Assembly: GCA_964016885.1 (NCBI GenBank)
Contig: OZ024741.1
Coordinates: 381,114,001-381,178,000, forward strand
DNA: 64,000 nucleotides
Direction of reading: 5' to 3'
DNA from: Eledone cirrhosa
Taxonomy: Eukaryota
Part shown: in pieces, positions 28,583 to 42,399 of the stretch
Layout of the letters: each line of letters opens with the position of its first letter
Position numbering within the stretch: the stretch's first letter is position 1
Position numbers and translations under genes: made by a program
Notes under the pieces: generated by a model
The model's input: the letters and a program-made list of their open reading frames with translations, nothing else
Databases searched by the model: none
What the model was told of the DNA's origin: nothing

Positions 28583-31500
28583 CTACCAGAAGTACCCGGC
28601 GTTGCCCGAGTGTAAGTCGACCTTTGCTCTGTTGTTAAAATGTATGAAAGTTACTTCCCGCGCATTACAGGTGCAAAAACCTTCGAACATCAAGGAAAAA
28701 AACAGTTGTGTAATTGAGCATAAATAATGGATCAATTGTAGGTTCACAGTGTATCGTTAAAATTGTTCTCTGCACGACTGACGGAAGTCAAATTCACTTG
28801 AAATTGAATTTTCAGTTAATTTTTAAAGCAGGGTGAAAAAGTCGACTTTTTCAAATATTTATTTTTTATTTTTTAAAAAATAATTTTCGCGTTCACATGT
28901 GCAGAAGAAGAAATAAAGGGGTCTTTATCTGAACCGGAGCATAATGGCGAGTCTTTTGCGACAGTTTTCAAGAAAATGGGACGTTCCTGTCAAAAGTTTT
29001 CCAGTGTGCAACTTTGCCTTGTTTTTTGCGCAAAGTCGAACGCCCGCTTCATTTATATTGATCTTTTCCATGAATGCATGACCTCTGAAGTAGATTTGAG
29101 TAGCTAAAAACCTGTCTCGGTAAATTTGCTATAGGTGAAAAAAAAGTTGATCAAAATTGTGTCTAGGGTTATTGCCTTTTGCAACAGCCTCAACGTGTCT
29201 TCAATTATGGTTTGTTAATTTGTTGTGGAACTAAATCGACTTTCGGCAAATCGGACCGAGGAAACAATGTTTCCATTTCTCTTTATAGCTGGTGTACCCG
29301 GTTACACTCGGGGTTATAAGGCGCTGGATTTAAACGGGTCTGCGCTAAATTCCAGCAGGATGCTTTAACCGAAATAAATGAAGAACAAACGTTTCTTTTT
29401 GTGCTCCAATCTGTGATATTGATATTTTGAAAAAATAGTCCACAAACATCAATGGAGCATGTGTAACGCATGTATCAGGTTATGAGAAAAAGGGTTTTCG
29501 ATTCTCCATTCATAAGATACCAAAAAATTGCGCGCAAATAAACCTGGATTTTAAGGCACTGCTCAATTTATAGCTGAAAGTTAAGAATCAAGTGGAATAA
29601 TGTTTTGCGACATTGTCAAATGTACAACCGTACAAAAGCAAAGGTTATAGCCATTGAAATCTAGGTAGACCAAAGAATTTAGTGGGGTTGTATATCAGAG
29701 GACTGTTTTCCTTGTGATTCGCGTCTAGCCTACAAAGTGAAGTTAGATGATTGTAGTCGGTGTTGTATCAATAGAAAATAAAAGCATACGGAAGACTGAA
29801 CACGTAGAAATTAAGTGAAAATCACGTTGATATTCCTATCGGAGCAACATGTGCCGAAAAACCTGACGGACTGTTGTGTCAATATTGAAATCGTAGAAAT
29901 TGCGAATCCCGACCTCTAATATGTAATGGAAAGGCCTTGGAGGTGAAGAGGATCAATTGGTACAATTGTTTTGCTGAACATGTTGACCATTAATTTAAAT
30001 AGACTTACGCAGCATCATCGTGCGGTTTTGTTGTTTATAGCCTAGAACGAGGGCCGTTTAAACGCGACAGAAAAATAAGCCATGCGGATGATGTTTAGAG
30101 ACGTCGCAGGGAATAGACGCGGTGTTGTGAGTCAATTGTGAGGACAGTGGAAGGGACGCTGATCGCTTGAGAAGACGCGATGCTACACAGGTTGCTTCTC
30201 GGCCACAATTGACAGAAAGGCATGTCAGGGGAAATGAAAGAGTTGCTATTCATCCTTTGCTGAGCATGATGAACATGTAATTAAAAAGATTTACATGGAC
30301 TATCGTGCACGTTGGTATTGTGTTTAGCCTGCGAAAATCGGTGGTCAAATGGGGCAAGAATAAGCCATGCTGATGACATTTATGCGCGTGGCAAGGAATT
30401 GATGCGGCATAAGTAACCATGGGAGTCTTGAAGGAGCACGGCGGTCAGGCAAAAGAAAAGGCCGAGGGGGGGATGGTGGTTGACAGTGCATGGATGCGGC
30501 ATGCTGAGGCATGACGATGCAGAGGGACGACGGCCAGCAGGCCAGGAAGAGGGCAGGTGGGACGGTAGCAAGGATGCCGCATGGTGAGTCATGGCAGTCT
30601 TGAAGGAGCACTGCGGGCAGGTAAAAGAAAAGGCCGAGGAGGGGATGCCGGCTGACAGAGTATTGATGCGGCATGGTGATGCATGACGATGCAGTGGGAC
30701 GACGGCGTGCAGGGAACGGAGAGGGCAGAGGTTGACGGTGGCAGGGATGCGATTTGGTCCCTCAAGATTGCCATGCCTAGGCAGTAGAAAGTGTCGGGGA
30801 ATGGATGGCGGCTGACAGGGCAGGGATGCAACATTATGAGGCATGACGAAAGGGCAGGGTGCATGGAGGCTGACAGGGCGTGGATGCGGCATGCCAATTG
30901 AGTTGCACCTCCGGATAGTAGAGAGCAACGGGGGGGTGGGGGTGCACTATGATTGTTTGAGAAAACCGGGTGCAAGGCAGGATGTTTATCGGCCATATAG
31001 GCTTTGGAGGAGAAAGAGATGAATTTTTGTTTAATTTTGGTAAATATGGTCAAAATGAATGTAAAAAGACTTACACAGGATCGTCTTCATGTTCGGTGCT
31101 GTCTTTGGTCTGAGATAATGGGCGGTTATGTGCGGCGCAAGAATAAACCATGCTGATGACATTTGAGCAAGTTGCTGACAGGGCAGGAATGCCGCATGGT
31201 GAGCCATGGCAGTCGTGGGGGACCAAGGTGTGCGAGCATGGGAGAGGGCAGGGGTTGACGGTAGCAGGAATGCGGCTTGGTTAGGCATGGCGGCTGACAG
31301 AGCATGGATGAGGCATGGTGAGACATGACGATGCAGTGGGACGACAGCGTGCAAGGAAGGGAGAGGGCAGGACTTGATGTTGGCAGGGATGCGGCTTGGT
31401 TAGGCATGGCAGTCTTGAAGGAGCACGGCGGGCAGGCAAAATAAAGGGCTGAGGAGGGATGGTGGCCCACAGGGCAGTAATGCGGCATGGTAAGGCATGA

Positions 31501-32265
31501 CGATGCAGTGGGACGACGGCGTGTAGGGAAGGGAGAGGGCAGTGGATAACGGTGGCAGGGATGCGGCTTGGTCAGGCATGGAAGTCTTGAGCTCTCCCGG
31601 GGTGTAGGCAATGGAAATGAGCAGGGGTGGACGGTGGCAGGGATTCGGCATGTTGAGCCGTGGCAGTCCTTAGAGACCACGGAAGGCAGGCAATGGAATG
31701 AATTGCGGTTGACAATGCATAGATGCACATGGTGATGCACAACGATGCAGTGGGTCGACGGCGTGCTGGAAAGGGAGAGGGCAGGGGTTGACGGATGCCT
31801 CATTATGCTACGTTAGTGGGACCTCGGGAATGAAGAGAGCGCATGGAGGCTCGATGATGGCTTGAGAAGACTGGGCGCAATACAGGAAGATGCGCGGCGG
31901 TATAGTCTTGATAGTCCTTATATAAGAAATGGAAGAATCGGCATAAAAGGTTTGCTGAATATGGTGAGCGTTAATTTAAAGAGATTTACGGTAGATAATC
32001 CTGATAGATTGACCGTTTTTTGCATGGCGCGAGTCGCGACAAATGGAAGCAAGAAGAATGGCGTTTTTCGGTTGCCGGATCTTTGCCTCTGGGTGTCCGA
32101 TTATCAAAATCCGAAAATTTCAAGTAGCCTATTCCAGTCTACGGGTCGAGTTTTATATATGTGTCAAGTTTCATAAACATCGGATGAACGTTGTAGCCTG
32201 CAAGTTCGGGACACCAAACAAACAAAGAAACAACGCCCAACTTCACTTTATATATAAGATATATA
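28583..32265 (+). mobile_element. Large (3.7 kb) non-autonomous HINE/Helentron-like element
   Basis: Begins acta(c)cagaagtacccggcgttgcccgag, ends caacttcactttatatataagat like 9567-10305; (TA)n flanks. Confidence 0.65.
30340..31800. repeat. GC-rich, purine-skewed degenerate minisatellite (~175 bp units made of shorter subunits)
   Basis: gcatgacgatgcagtgggacgacggc variants at ~30509, 30681, 31323, 31495, 31738. Confidence 0.85.
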
Positions 32266-32702
32266 TACATGTATGAAGACTACCTAATAGCTTTCTTGTT
32301 TTCCCTCTTCAGTCTGTTTTTTTTTTGTTTTTTTGTTGTCATTACCGGACATTCTTTCTGTTTCACCATTGTGATCCTTTCTCTATTTGTACTCCTGAAA
32401 AAGGGCTTAAGCACCACACGTAGAACTTTCTTTCATATTTCCAATATAAAGCGTGAAACTAGTAAGACTTTTGTACCTCTGTTTGTTGTATCCTTCAAAT
32501 ATATATATATATATAACATTTTATACAAAATCACTGACGAGTAGATCCCAGATGTTATATATATTGCTGATAAATTTCCTTATGTGTGATAAATAGTTAT
32601 ATAAATACATACATAAGTATAATTAAAATGAAAGGCATTGATAGTCTCTGTCCAAGAATACCATTAATATAGAAAAATATAAATTATTGAATCTGATCAT
32701 TG

Positions 32703-32808
<106 letters not shown>

Positions 32809-33647
32809 ACGAGAGAGAGAGAAGGGGATAGATTAATAGATAGATTCATTAGAAACCATACATTTAACTCGATTACATATGTATTGTTTTCCTTTTATTA
32901 GGTTTCATTGTACCATCAAGGCTTCCTGTCTTCGTGCCTCGTGTTGTCAATTTTGAATTCATATTGTAAAACGACTTATTGGGATTAGAAGTACATGTGA
33001 ACTATAAATCTGAGCGTGGTTTCTGTTCGAAGACTCACAATATTGTTCTAATATTTGCTTACGGCAAATACCCCCAGTAATCGTCTTACTTATCCTTTCT
33101 ATAATGTTACAAATATATGCTTGAACAAAATCTTCAACATTTCTGTTCTTATCCCTGGCATTGCTTCTCGTTCAATTATACATTATAACAATCTTGTTCA
33201 ATATAGCAATCTTGTTGGAAAACGATACCATACATGACCAGCCGTAACGCTTTGTTCCCCGTGTGATGGATGACAGTATGGTAGAGTATCTTGCGGTATT
33301 TAATAACGTTTCTTCATTTTACTGAAACGGATTTTCTTTCATTCTTTTGTATTTGATATAATAATAATCAATAAGACATTTTTATCCAAGAAATTTGTTA
33401 ACTGGCGTTAACGTAAGGATTCAATATTGTTTATTCAAACTATCGCCACAACTATGACGATCTATATTCAGTAAATATATGTAATATTGAAATTAAGCTA
33501 AATTTGATTTCTTTGAACCGTAATAAGAACTACACGTGACCCAATATACTATATGACTCAATAGTAATGGCAATATGTCACTGTCTTCTTCTCATAGTAA
33601 ATACTTCGACATGAAACTGCTAGCATTGTAAACCAGAAGGGATGTAT

Positions 33648-33900
33648 TTCTTCTTCTTCTTCTTCTTCTTCTTCTTCTTCTTCTTCTTCTTCTTCTTCTT
33701 CTTCTTCTTCTTCTTCTCCTTCTTCTTCTCCCACTTATTCATGGGAGCTTCATAGTGGCAGAGTCCTCAAACGCTCCTTCCAGCTGGTTCAGTCAGAAGT
33801 AGCCATATTCAATACATGCGACTTGATATCTAAGCGAGACCATACATACTATTGGATTATATCCGGCCATCTTGCTCAGGGTTTAACTCTGGGTCTCCGG
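33648..33900 (-). mobile_element. Probable RTE-like 3' end with (GAA)n tail
   Basis: (TTC)n tract next to degenerate sequence resembling RTE C-termini. Confidence 0.5.
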
Positions 33901-35167
33901 CAGTAGCGTAAAAGATGAAATTTTGCAAACCCGCTTGATAAAACTAGGGAAATAGTTTTACATCTCCTCTTCTATCACATTATCTTGTATGACTTTGTGA
34001 ATCATTCAAAGCTATTTAGTTTAAAATTATGATAACATATTGATTTCTCATATTGGCTGAAAGGCACATATTTGGGGAGAACTTAAAATTAATTAGGTTG
34101 TACTCAGTAATTGACGTACCGAATACATGTTTCTTTGAATCTGGAAATATGAAATGCAATGTGGATTCTGCAACAAATTACTAGCAGAATAATAAAATGA
34201 GGTAATTGAAAATTACTAGAGATTTGATGAAATGTAAAAGAAAACAAAATCGATAGATAGAAGGAACATTTCAAACTATACTGAGATTTGTTGCTGCAAA
34301 CAGAATACTATCTGTAAATTAAAATTTAAATTCTTTGCTTCGAAAATATAATATTTGTGTTCATTTCCATCTGTTCACGATACTACTTTAGATACCTTTA
34401 TATTATAAAAAGAAAAATGGTTCCATTAAAATTGCTTTTACGGTAAGCAGCATGTGGGTTACTGTAACTAATCGATGACCTATAGAATTTATAATGAAGT
34501 GAAATAAATTCATTAAAAGCAATAAAGTCTGGTTACCTTCGAACCAGCCTAGTGATCTTCAACAACACTGCGACGAGATAAAGTTAATGTGAAGCATAAT
34601 AAATCAATAAATTTGATTATGTGTTATACATAATTATTGAAACAAAGGGAGCAGTAAGAAATGATGTATGGCGTTAATAATTTGCTACCTAGAAATACTG
34701 TCTTTCTTATTCATATTAATTGTTTCTGGCCAATAATATTCCTAGATGTACACGAATTCAAATTCATTTTTTAGAATTAATATTTCTATATTTTTTCTAT
34801 TTTTATGGCATGCTTCCAAAAGATTCTGGAAAACGTTGTACCTCCATACCAGATATTTACGGACATACTGAGGCAAATTTAAGTCGAGGTATATATAGAG
34901 CATCTCTAATAGTAAGTAAATACAACTTCAGCAGGGGATAATTGAAATTCAGATCTATAAATAAAATTACAATACGTCCATCTGAGGTTTGGAAGTAATG
35001 TTTGTATGAGTGAATTATATATCACCATATATATATACCTCAATACTCATCTTTTCCCATTCCTTTGAGGGTTCTAAACCCCCCTATCAGGCTAAAAAAT
35101 TCTTTAGTAAAAATACGGTGAAAGCTTATATTTCTAATTTCAAAAACTCGCTCACTGTTTCAAAACT

Positions 35168-35227
<60 letters not shown>

Positions 35228-35308
35228 AGTATGTTTTGAAACAGTATATATATATATATATATATATACTATTTCAAAACATACTTACATATATATATAT
35301 GTAAATAT

Positions 35309-35886
35309 AAATTTTATTAAGTAAGTTAATTTTTATAATTTTCTTATTTTACGTCTTTCATATAATTGTTCTGCATCCCCTTGCATTGAACCACAAAGTT
35401 ACTAAGACAAAACCTATATATTTGCTAGCATAGGTATGCATCTGTATATCTATGTTGGTAGATATACTAATTCTTTATAATTATCTCCAAATTATTTTGT
35501 TGAGCAAAAATTTGCCAAAACTGCTACTATAGTTCATAGTAATAGTTCGGCTACTGTCTTCTTAATACCCCACTCCTCACTGATTAACCTCGATGTCACG
35601 TGATTGATTCTTTTGAATTTGACACCGACCAAGTAGGCAGTGATTTTTTCAATGTCTTGGAATTTAGTCCACGCTTGCTTTTTTCCATCCACTGAATTAT
35701 TTTTGTATAAGTTCCCTGTGTCCACGCCATCGCCTGGGAACTTAGCTGAGAATTGACTTCCTGATGACGAAAGGCATTCTCCATGTGTTCCATTCGGAAA
35801 GCATGTTTATTCCCTTTCAGAAACTAATTAGTTGTAGTGAAATTTTAGTAAGTAAGTTAATTTTTATAATTTTCTTATTTTACGTC

Positions 35887-35894
<8 letters not shown>
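35309..35894 (+). mobile_element. Non-coding HHR-bearing repeat, family A (531-bp unit plus ~55-bp terminal redundancy)
   Basis: Direct repeat 35309-35363 / 35840-35894; HHR just before the second repeat. Confidence 0.88.
35757..35837 (+). ncRNA. Type I hammerhead ribozyme
   Basis: cttc CTGATGA c-gaaagg..cctttc-a GAAA ctaattag TT gtag (one stem I mismatch). Confidence 0.88.
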
Positions 35895-35937
<43 letters not shown>

Positions 35938-35940
<3 letters not shown>

Positions 35941-36048
35941 CGAAGGAAATGTGGTAAGGAACCAGGTGGACCATAACGCACCAAAGTACTCAATACTTAG
36001 GGTAGTATAGTGGGTAATAGGAACACGTAAGACCCCGACGGCTGAGCT
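35938..36048 (-). repeat. Isolated copy of the Hydra-like PLE 3' tail (22083-22193), ending within HHR stem III
   Basis: Near-identical to 22083-22193. Confidence 0.88.
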
Positions 36049-36399
36049 GGATATATTTTCTATTATACCATCATGTTTTAGTCTGGAGTATTCATCTAGT
36101 ACTGAATTGTCTTTTTGTCCTTTTAGTTCACTTCAGTGTTCATATATTCTTTCTCCTATGCTACGGGCTTTTTATCCTATGTATTGTGTACGGCTTCACA
36201 GTCACACGACCACATAACCCAGTCATATGACCACCAACACGGACAATCTGTGGAGCCAGCATTGCCAGTAACTATGGTCTCCCTTAATTCTTCTCCACTA
36301 TCATACGCCCCATAATTGAAATGTTTCCGGGCATATGTAACATCATGTAAGACTTCCTCAGCATAATCAACGAATGCAAGCTGATAGAGAGTGTAATAG

Positions 36400-37650
36400 G
36401 CAGTATGGTGGTGGTTTCCTTATACCCATCCATCGACATAGAATTTCTGTTAGAAAAATGCGCAGAGATGATCAGCGAGAGTGATTCCATGGGATTGACA
36501 CCGGCAAGCTGGTACTCCTACTTAGACTAACACAGGATAAGGATTACTTAAATACACATGACCTTAGCAGCCTCTTTCTCACAATTCAAGAGAGTCAGAC
36601 CACATACCATTTTCTCAAAGGCCAAGAAAACACCCAGAAAGATGGATCGGGTGAACCAGAGCCATATGGATCCCAGAAAACAAGGACCAAGTAATGAATA
36701 TGATCTCACATGGGGTGGGGACAGTATAAGACTAAGCCGTAAGGAATATATGTTTAAGCTGAAATCCAAAACACATGCTGGTGACATAGCTAATCTCTTT
36801 ATAGTATGGCGGCACAGGAGATTTAATGATATATAAATGAGAACTATATAAACCTGAATATGTACTACCGCTACGCTGATGGCATCAACGTCACAGTGAA
36901 AGCACACTCGCTGGAGAACAGCAAGGAATTAGAACACCATGAAAAGCATCTAGCAAATACCTAACTCCATGCACTAGAATATTAAATTTACCATAGATTA
37001 TCTGTACTAGACACAGAAATCTGTTTGGAAACTAATCGTAATAAAACACAAATCCTCTATTTGCATTATGCCAAACCCATGGCCTCCAAATACGTGATAC
37101 ACCGAAAATGAAAGATAACATGAAAGATAACATATTAACTGCTGAGGTGATAAGGAATGTGTACCGCATGTTCAATCTTAATTAATTAGACAGACACATC
37201 CAACACTGCATCCACCGCCGCATGCAGTTCTCTGGCGATAGTCAGAGAGGTAGGATCAGCGTGTATAATGGAGCCAGGGCCAAGTGGACGAAAATTGTAG
37301 AAAATTATGCGAATAGAACTTGCCCCTAATTTTGGAATAGGATGGGGATAACTAAGTAGAAGACTAATAAGATCAACTCTTGGTATGGCAGAAATATATA
37401 CCAGAGTGTAATGTTCGTCTGACGAACTAGCTTACAGATTTAGAAAGGCTCTAGACAAATTAAAATTAAATGTTAAGATAGTAGAAAACCAGGTATTCAC
37501 ATAAAAACCATAACTAGCAGAACATATCCCCTACATTTGTTAGAAAATGTATAGTCTGCACATTAAGCCCGCAAATTAAATGGAAAACTAGGAACGTATT
37601 ATATAGGATGAGACGCACGGAGGGACAGTGTAGAAATTTGAACACGACTT
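36400..37650 (+). mobile_element. Heavily decayed second Naiad-like PLE copy
   Basis: QFSGDSQRGRISVYNGA at ~37226 and taccagagtgtaatgttcgt at ~37399 match the 12930-13466 ORF. Confidence 0.8.
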
Positions 37651-37799
37651 ACAGAACTTGGTATGGAAATAAATCCTCTTTCTTGCACTTGCGGTACAAG
37701 AAGGCATAAAGAATCGCAGCAGAGAGAGTAAAGGCATCCACAATTAAGACATGAGAGGATTTGTGGGTTAAGCTGTAATCCGATTCATATAAGGAAATA

Positions 37800-37987
37800 A
37801 TTGTTTCTACTTTTGGCACAAGGCCATCAATTATCCAGTGCATTGCTGGTACTTTATTTTATCGACCCCGTAAAGATGAAAGGCAAAGTTAACCTCGGCG
37901 GGATTTGAACTCAGAATGGCAAGGGGCGTAACTCTATATGTCAAAGTATGGCGTCCGAACCTCTACCGATACTGCCATTCAACCGCC
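37800..37987 (-). mobile_element. SINE with 14-bp TSD
   Basis: catataaggaaata (37786-37799) / catatcaggaaata (37987-38000). Confidence 0.9.
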
Positions 37988-38360
37988 ATATCAGGAAATA
38001 GTGTTTTCTGGTAGAACCAATGCCAAATTCGTCAAAAGAAGTCCTCCTCCACACGTGCTATCAGAAATGCGTCTGGGGTTCACTACGCATCAAAGAGATG
38101 CTTCTAAGTGGCGAGAATACATAGCTGATCTCCAAAACCCGATCATAGAAACATCTTCTTATGTACAAGGGGTGCATCTGGGAGCAAGGACTAATCACTC
38201 AGAGACTGAAGTTACAAAAGCAATTCAAGATATCAAATGTTGCAAGGCTGCTGATGAGGAAGGAATTCGGACTGAGATGTTTAAAGACTTAAATACAGAA
38301 GGTATTCTTTGGCTAACGCATGTGTGTTGGGTGGCTTGGATTTCTGGAAAGCAACCTAAT

Positions 38361-38547
38361 TGTTTCTACTTTTGGCACAAGGCCAGCAAATATCCCAGTG
38401 TATTGCTGGTACTTTATTTTATCGACCCTGTAAGGATGAAAGGTAAAGTTAACCTTGGCGGAATTTGAACTCAGACCATAAAGGGTCGTAACTCTTTGCT
38501 GCAAAGCATGGCGTCCGACCCTCTACCGAATCAACCAATCCACCGCA
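38361..38547 (-). mobile_element. SINE inserted in the RTE RT
   Basis: Family core; short flanking ctaat repeat; RT frame resumes after it. Confidence 0.88.
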
Positions 38548-40057
38548 TCTAATAAATGGTAATCGGGACTTAATCCAAATTTTCACAAAGGGAGACAAGT
38601 GTGATTGTTCCAATTACAGAGTGATTTCCTTGTTAAGATTCCCCGGCAAAGTCTATGTTAAGTGCCTGGAAATTAGACGCAGGGAGATTGCAGAGTCCAA
38701 ACTAGCTGATGAACAGTGTAGTTTTCGCCCAGGGCGCAGCACAGCTGACCAAATATTCGCACTACTGCAGGACTTTCAAAGATCGGGGGTGTACAGCAAA
38801 GAGGTGTATTCTTATCTGTAGACTTCGATAAGGCATATGGAAGGTCCAGTATGAATATGCGTCCGATGGACAGCGTCTTGCACTGATGTGACTAAACCTT
38901 TGCCCGAGAATTTGTGTTCGTATAATAGGTGCTAAATCGAAACCATTCAATGTGGGAGTCGAACTTTACCAAGGGTGCGTATTGTCACCTCTCCTATTTA
39001 TTATTTTCATGAACACTATTGACAATCACATCCGGGTTGGAAGTGCTAACATGACTTGCAGGTGTAGAATTAGTCGGCTAGAATTTGAAAACGACATGGT
39101 ATTACTTAACTCGACTGAATGTGGTATCCTAATTGCTTTTGGTAGGTTTGATGCCGAATACAGCACAGCTCAAATGGGAAACAGTGCTACGAAAATTGAA
39201 ACACTAGTCCTCTTATGGATGCATGTACCGTGCACTCTACATGTGAATGGATTTCCGCTGAAGCGTGTGGCAATATTCAAGTATCTCGGGCCGTATTAAC
39301 GAATGATGGAAGGCAGGGAACTGAATTAATTGCAAGACCTGGAGGAGTTGTTGCAGTAATGCGCGAGCCTCTGCATTCGGTAATCAAAAAATAGGAAGTA
39401 GGTGTAAAATCCAAACTCACCACTTCTCCAAATTGAGAGATCACTGCTTCGATACTATGAGCAACAATATCTCAGGAAAGAATCGTTAGGCAGATTTCAC
39501 GAGTAGACCCGAGAAAGATGCTTGGAAAACATTCAGTAGCTCGGCTCGTTTCCCTTGGGTATCCAGCCGGATCAGTTGGAGATAGCTGCTTCGGAAAGAC
39601 TTTGAAGTAGTGTTTGAGTACTCTTCGCCCACGACCCTCATAGAAATAAGTGCGCAAAGAAGAAGAAGAAGAAGAAGAAGAAGAAGAAGAAGAAGAAGAA
39701 AAAAGAAGAAGAAGAAGAATCGCATGGGCGATCTATACTTACATATACATTCGATTCGAGTATTTAGCTTGGGTGATTTTGTAAGTATGTGGCTGTGTGT
39801 ATTTGTGTGAGTGCACGCGGGTGTTTGCTTCTACCTGCGTGCGCACGTTTGGTCATGCTTTTGCATTTTTATAGCCATGCATGTGTATGTTTATGTGTAT
39901 GTATGTATGTTTTGGTGTGTGCGCTTGTGTGAGCCCGTCTGTGTGTAAAAGCCTAGTGCGTGAGTCAATATTACTACCGTCATATCAAGATTAGTCACTG
40001 CTGACAGTAACCGCGGCAGCAAAAGCAACAACTACACCATCTAGGTGACTAATTGAA

Positions 40058-40092
<35 letters not shown>

Positions 40093-40329
40093 ATGAAAAT
40101 AATAAGAAATAAGGAAGGAGGGAATGAAATAAAACGAAAGAATGAATAAATACAAAGGGAACATAATACGTTTGGCCGACCGAAGCGTTCGTCAAGTGAA
40201 TCCATTGGTAGCGTTGGGTTGCACTGTCTGCTAATGACATTAAATCAAGTTTATTGACTTATATGCTCACAGATTTTGATAGATGCCCCTGTAAAAAGCC
40301 TTTAATATAATTCTCATGAAGTTTCAACC

Positions 40330-40580
40330 TTTGAATGACAGGTGCAATGTGTCCGAACACGGAAAAGCCGAACTCTTACCGTCATCACCCCATCCCCCTC
40401 GCCCTCCCCATCTCTTTGTATGGTGAGCAAATGCGGTCCCGCGTACGGCCGCCCCACAGCCTCGGCGGACAGAATGGAGAATGCGTTTCCTCGGAGGATG
40501 GTAAGGTAGATGTGTTGGAAGAGCCATTCCATCTCAAGAGGCTCACACTTGCGACAGGCAAGCTCAGCGCCTATTATTGA
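40330..40580 (-). mobile_element. CRE-like retrotransposon C-terminal fragment
   Basis: EPLEMEWLFQHIYLTILRGNAFSILSA. Confidence 0.72.
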
Positions 40581-40799
40581 CTTGTTGATGTTTTAAGAAG
40601 GACAACAGACCATAGACAACTTCAAAGTCAACACCAACGACAAAGAGAACAAGGAACTCCACCACTAACTCCACCACCATTAACAATGTTTGAATTCAAC
40701 ACTCCGCGTGGTCTGTGGGTTTAGGAGGCTGGTTAATAGGTGCACGCGCTGGTGTATATACTACATTATTACCTCAGACCTCAACGTAATGCCATTATT

Positions 40800-40950
40800 T
40801 TTACAAATTACCTATTTTCCCGTATTTTAAAATTAAAAGTTTGCACTTGATGCTTCTGATTCTATATGGAGTAGCACGTTTAAGTATTTCCCATTTCATT
40901 CTAAATGTTTTGTTCTCATCCTTAAATCTCCTAACGTACCCGCATAAGTA
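40800..40950 (-). mobile_element. Hydra-like PLE GIY-YIG fragment
   Basis: FKDENKTFRMKWEILKRATPY..KCKL matches the C-terminus of 23407..24552. Confidence 0.7.
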
Positions 40951-41003
40951 ATATGTGCCTTTTGATCTTTTTCCTTTTGTTGTCGTGTCTGTGTGCATGT
41001 GTG

Positions 41004-41035
<32 letters not shown>

Positions 41036-42024
41036 CGCGCGTATGTGAATACGCGTCTGTATGTGTGTGTGTGCGAACATATATATATATGTATATTTTG
41101 GTTGTATATGTTACAGTTTCAAATCGTGCGTTTTGGAATAACTTAAAGCTAAATCATGTAAACGAAAAGCGATCTTGTTTTCTAAAGTTAACATAATAAC
41201 TACCACCCCATGTAATACACATGCAATTAAAAACTCTTTCATGTAATTTACAATATTTTATTGTTAGGATTACTACAAAATTATCATTTCTAATCCCTAC
41301 ACTAATTTCGCAATGTGAGACCAAAAATAAAACAATAAACAATACATATATTTTATTCAGTGTTTGAAACAAATAAGAATTTGTAGATATTCTAAAAATG
41401 TCTCAGCTTTACTTTCAAATTACCAATCGTATAGTAAATTTAATCATAGTTTAAAAAATGAAAATAATGAACTTAAAAATTTTACATCGTACGCCTATTG
41501 TTTGTATCTAAATCTCTAGCATATTTTTTTAATAACCAGTGGGTAAGTTCATTTTTCACAAATAATGTATATAATAATACAGCAATTATAATTTATGGCT
41601 GTCTTTTTTTTTTCTTTCACTCGCTCATGTCTCTTTTAAATAGGTTTTCTCTGTCTGTATATATATTTTCCATTTCGATTAGTTTTGTTTCCAGTATAAT
41701 GATTATCTCCTAATTGGATCACTGTGAAATCTTCGGGAAAATTGATTGCATAGTATTCTTTTACAAACTTTGGAATTTGCCATAGTTTTTTGCAGTATAA
41801 CAACATTTACACATTCTTACACATCTATGTATATTCTATAGAGTGTTCATCATTGTACACGAAAAGAAAACAGCAGCAACTAAGTTGACTCTTGCATACA
41901 CATAGACTCACACATACACATGTATACGCACACACACATGCAAACATACACACACACACTCAAACACATATATATGTGTGTGTATGTGTGTCTATGTGTG
42001 GTGTGTGTATGTGTGTGTGGGGGG

Positions 42025-42063
<39 letters not shown>

Positions 42064-42252
42064 TTGTGTCTTTGTGTGTGTTATTTATTCATTTCTAGTT
42101 TACAGATTTAATCCCTTTCAGTTCATTCTGTGACCAGAAACCAAGCTAATCGATATTAATAGTGTAAAACTCGTAAATAAAGAAATAAAACGTATCTATA
42201 TATCTTGTCCTCATTAACGAAATGCCGAAATATGTGTTTCTATCCAGTTTGC

Positions 42253-42337
<85 letters not shown>

Positions 42338-42399
42338 TCTCGCTATATATATATATATATATTTGTAGGAGGTGAGTTTTATTGTAGTACAATAAAGCA

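Larger units (their letters stand above)
37660..39620 (+). mobile_element. Degraded RTE-clade LINE interrupted by two SINEs
   Basis: KAADEEGIRTEMFK, NYRVISLL..PGKVY, EQCSFRPGRSTADQIF, QGCVLSPLLFIIFM, FKYLG; (GAA)n tract follows. Confidence 0.88.

Noticed and set aside
30345-31803. Long Pro/His/Cys-rich ORFs
   Set aside because: Open in several frames because of a GC-rich minisatellite; no domain signal.
32390-32470. CTGAAAA..GAAActagTA as an HHR
   Set aside because: Core mutated and stems I and II do not pair convincingly; at most a relic.
35534-35793. Small ORFs within family A as an encoded peptide
   Set aside because: Antisense to the HHR and frame not visibly preserved in the other two copies.
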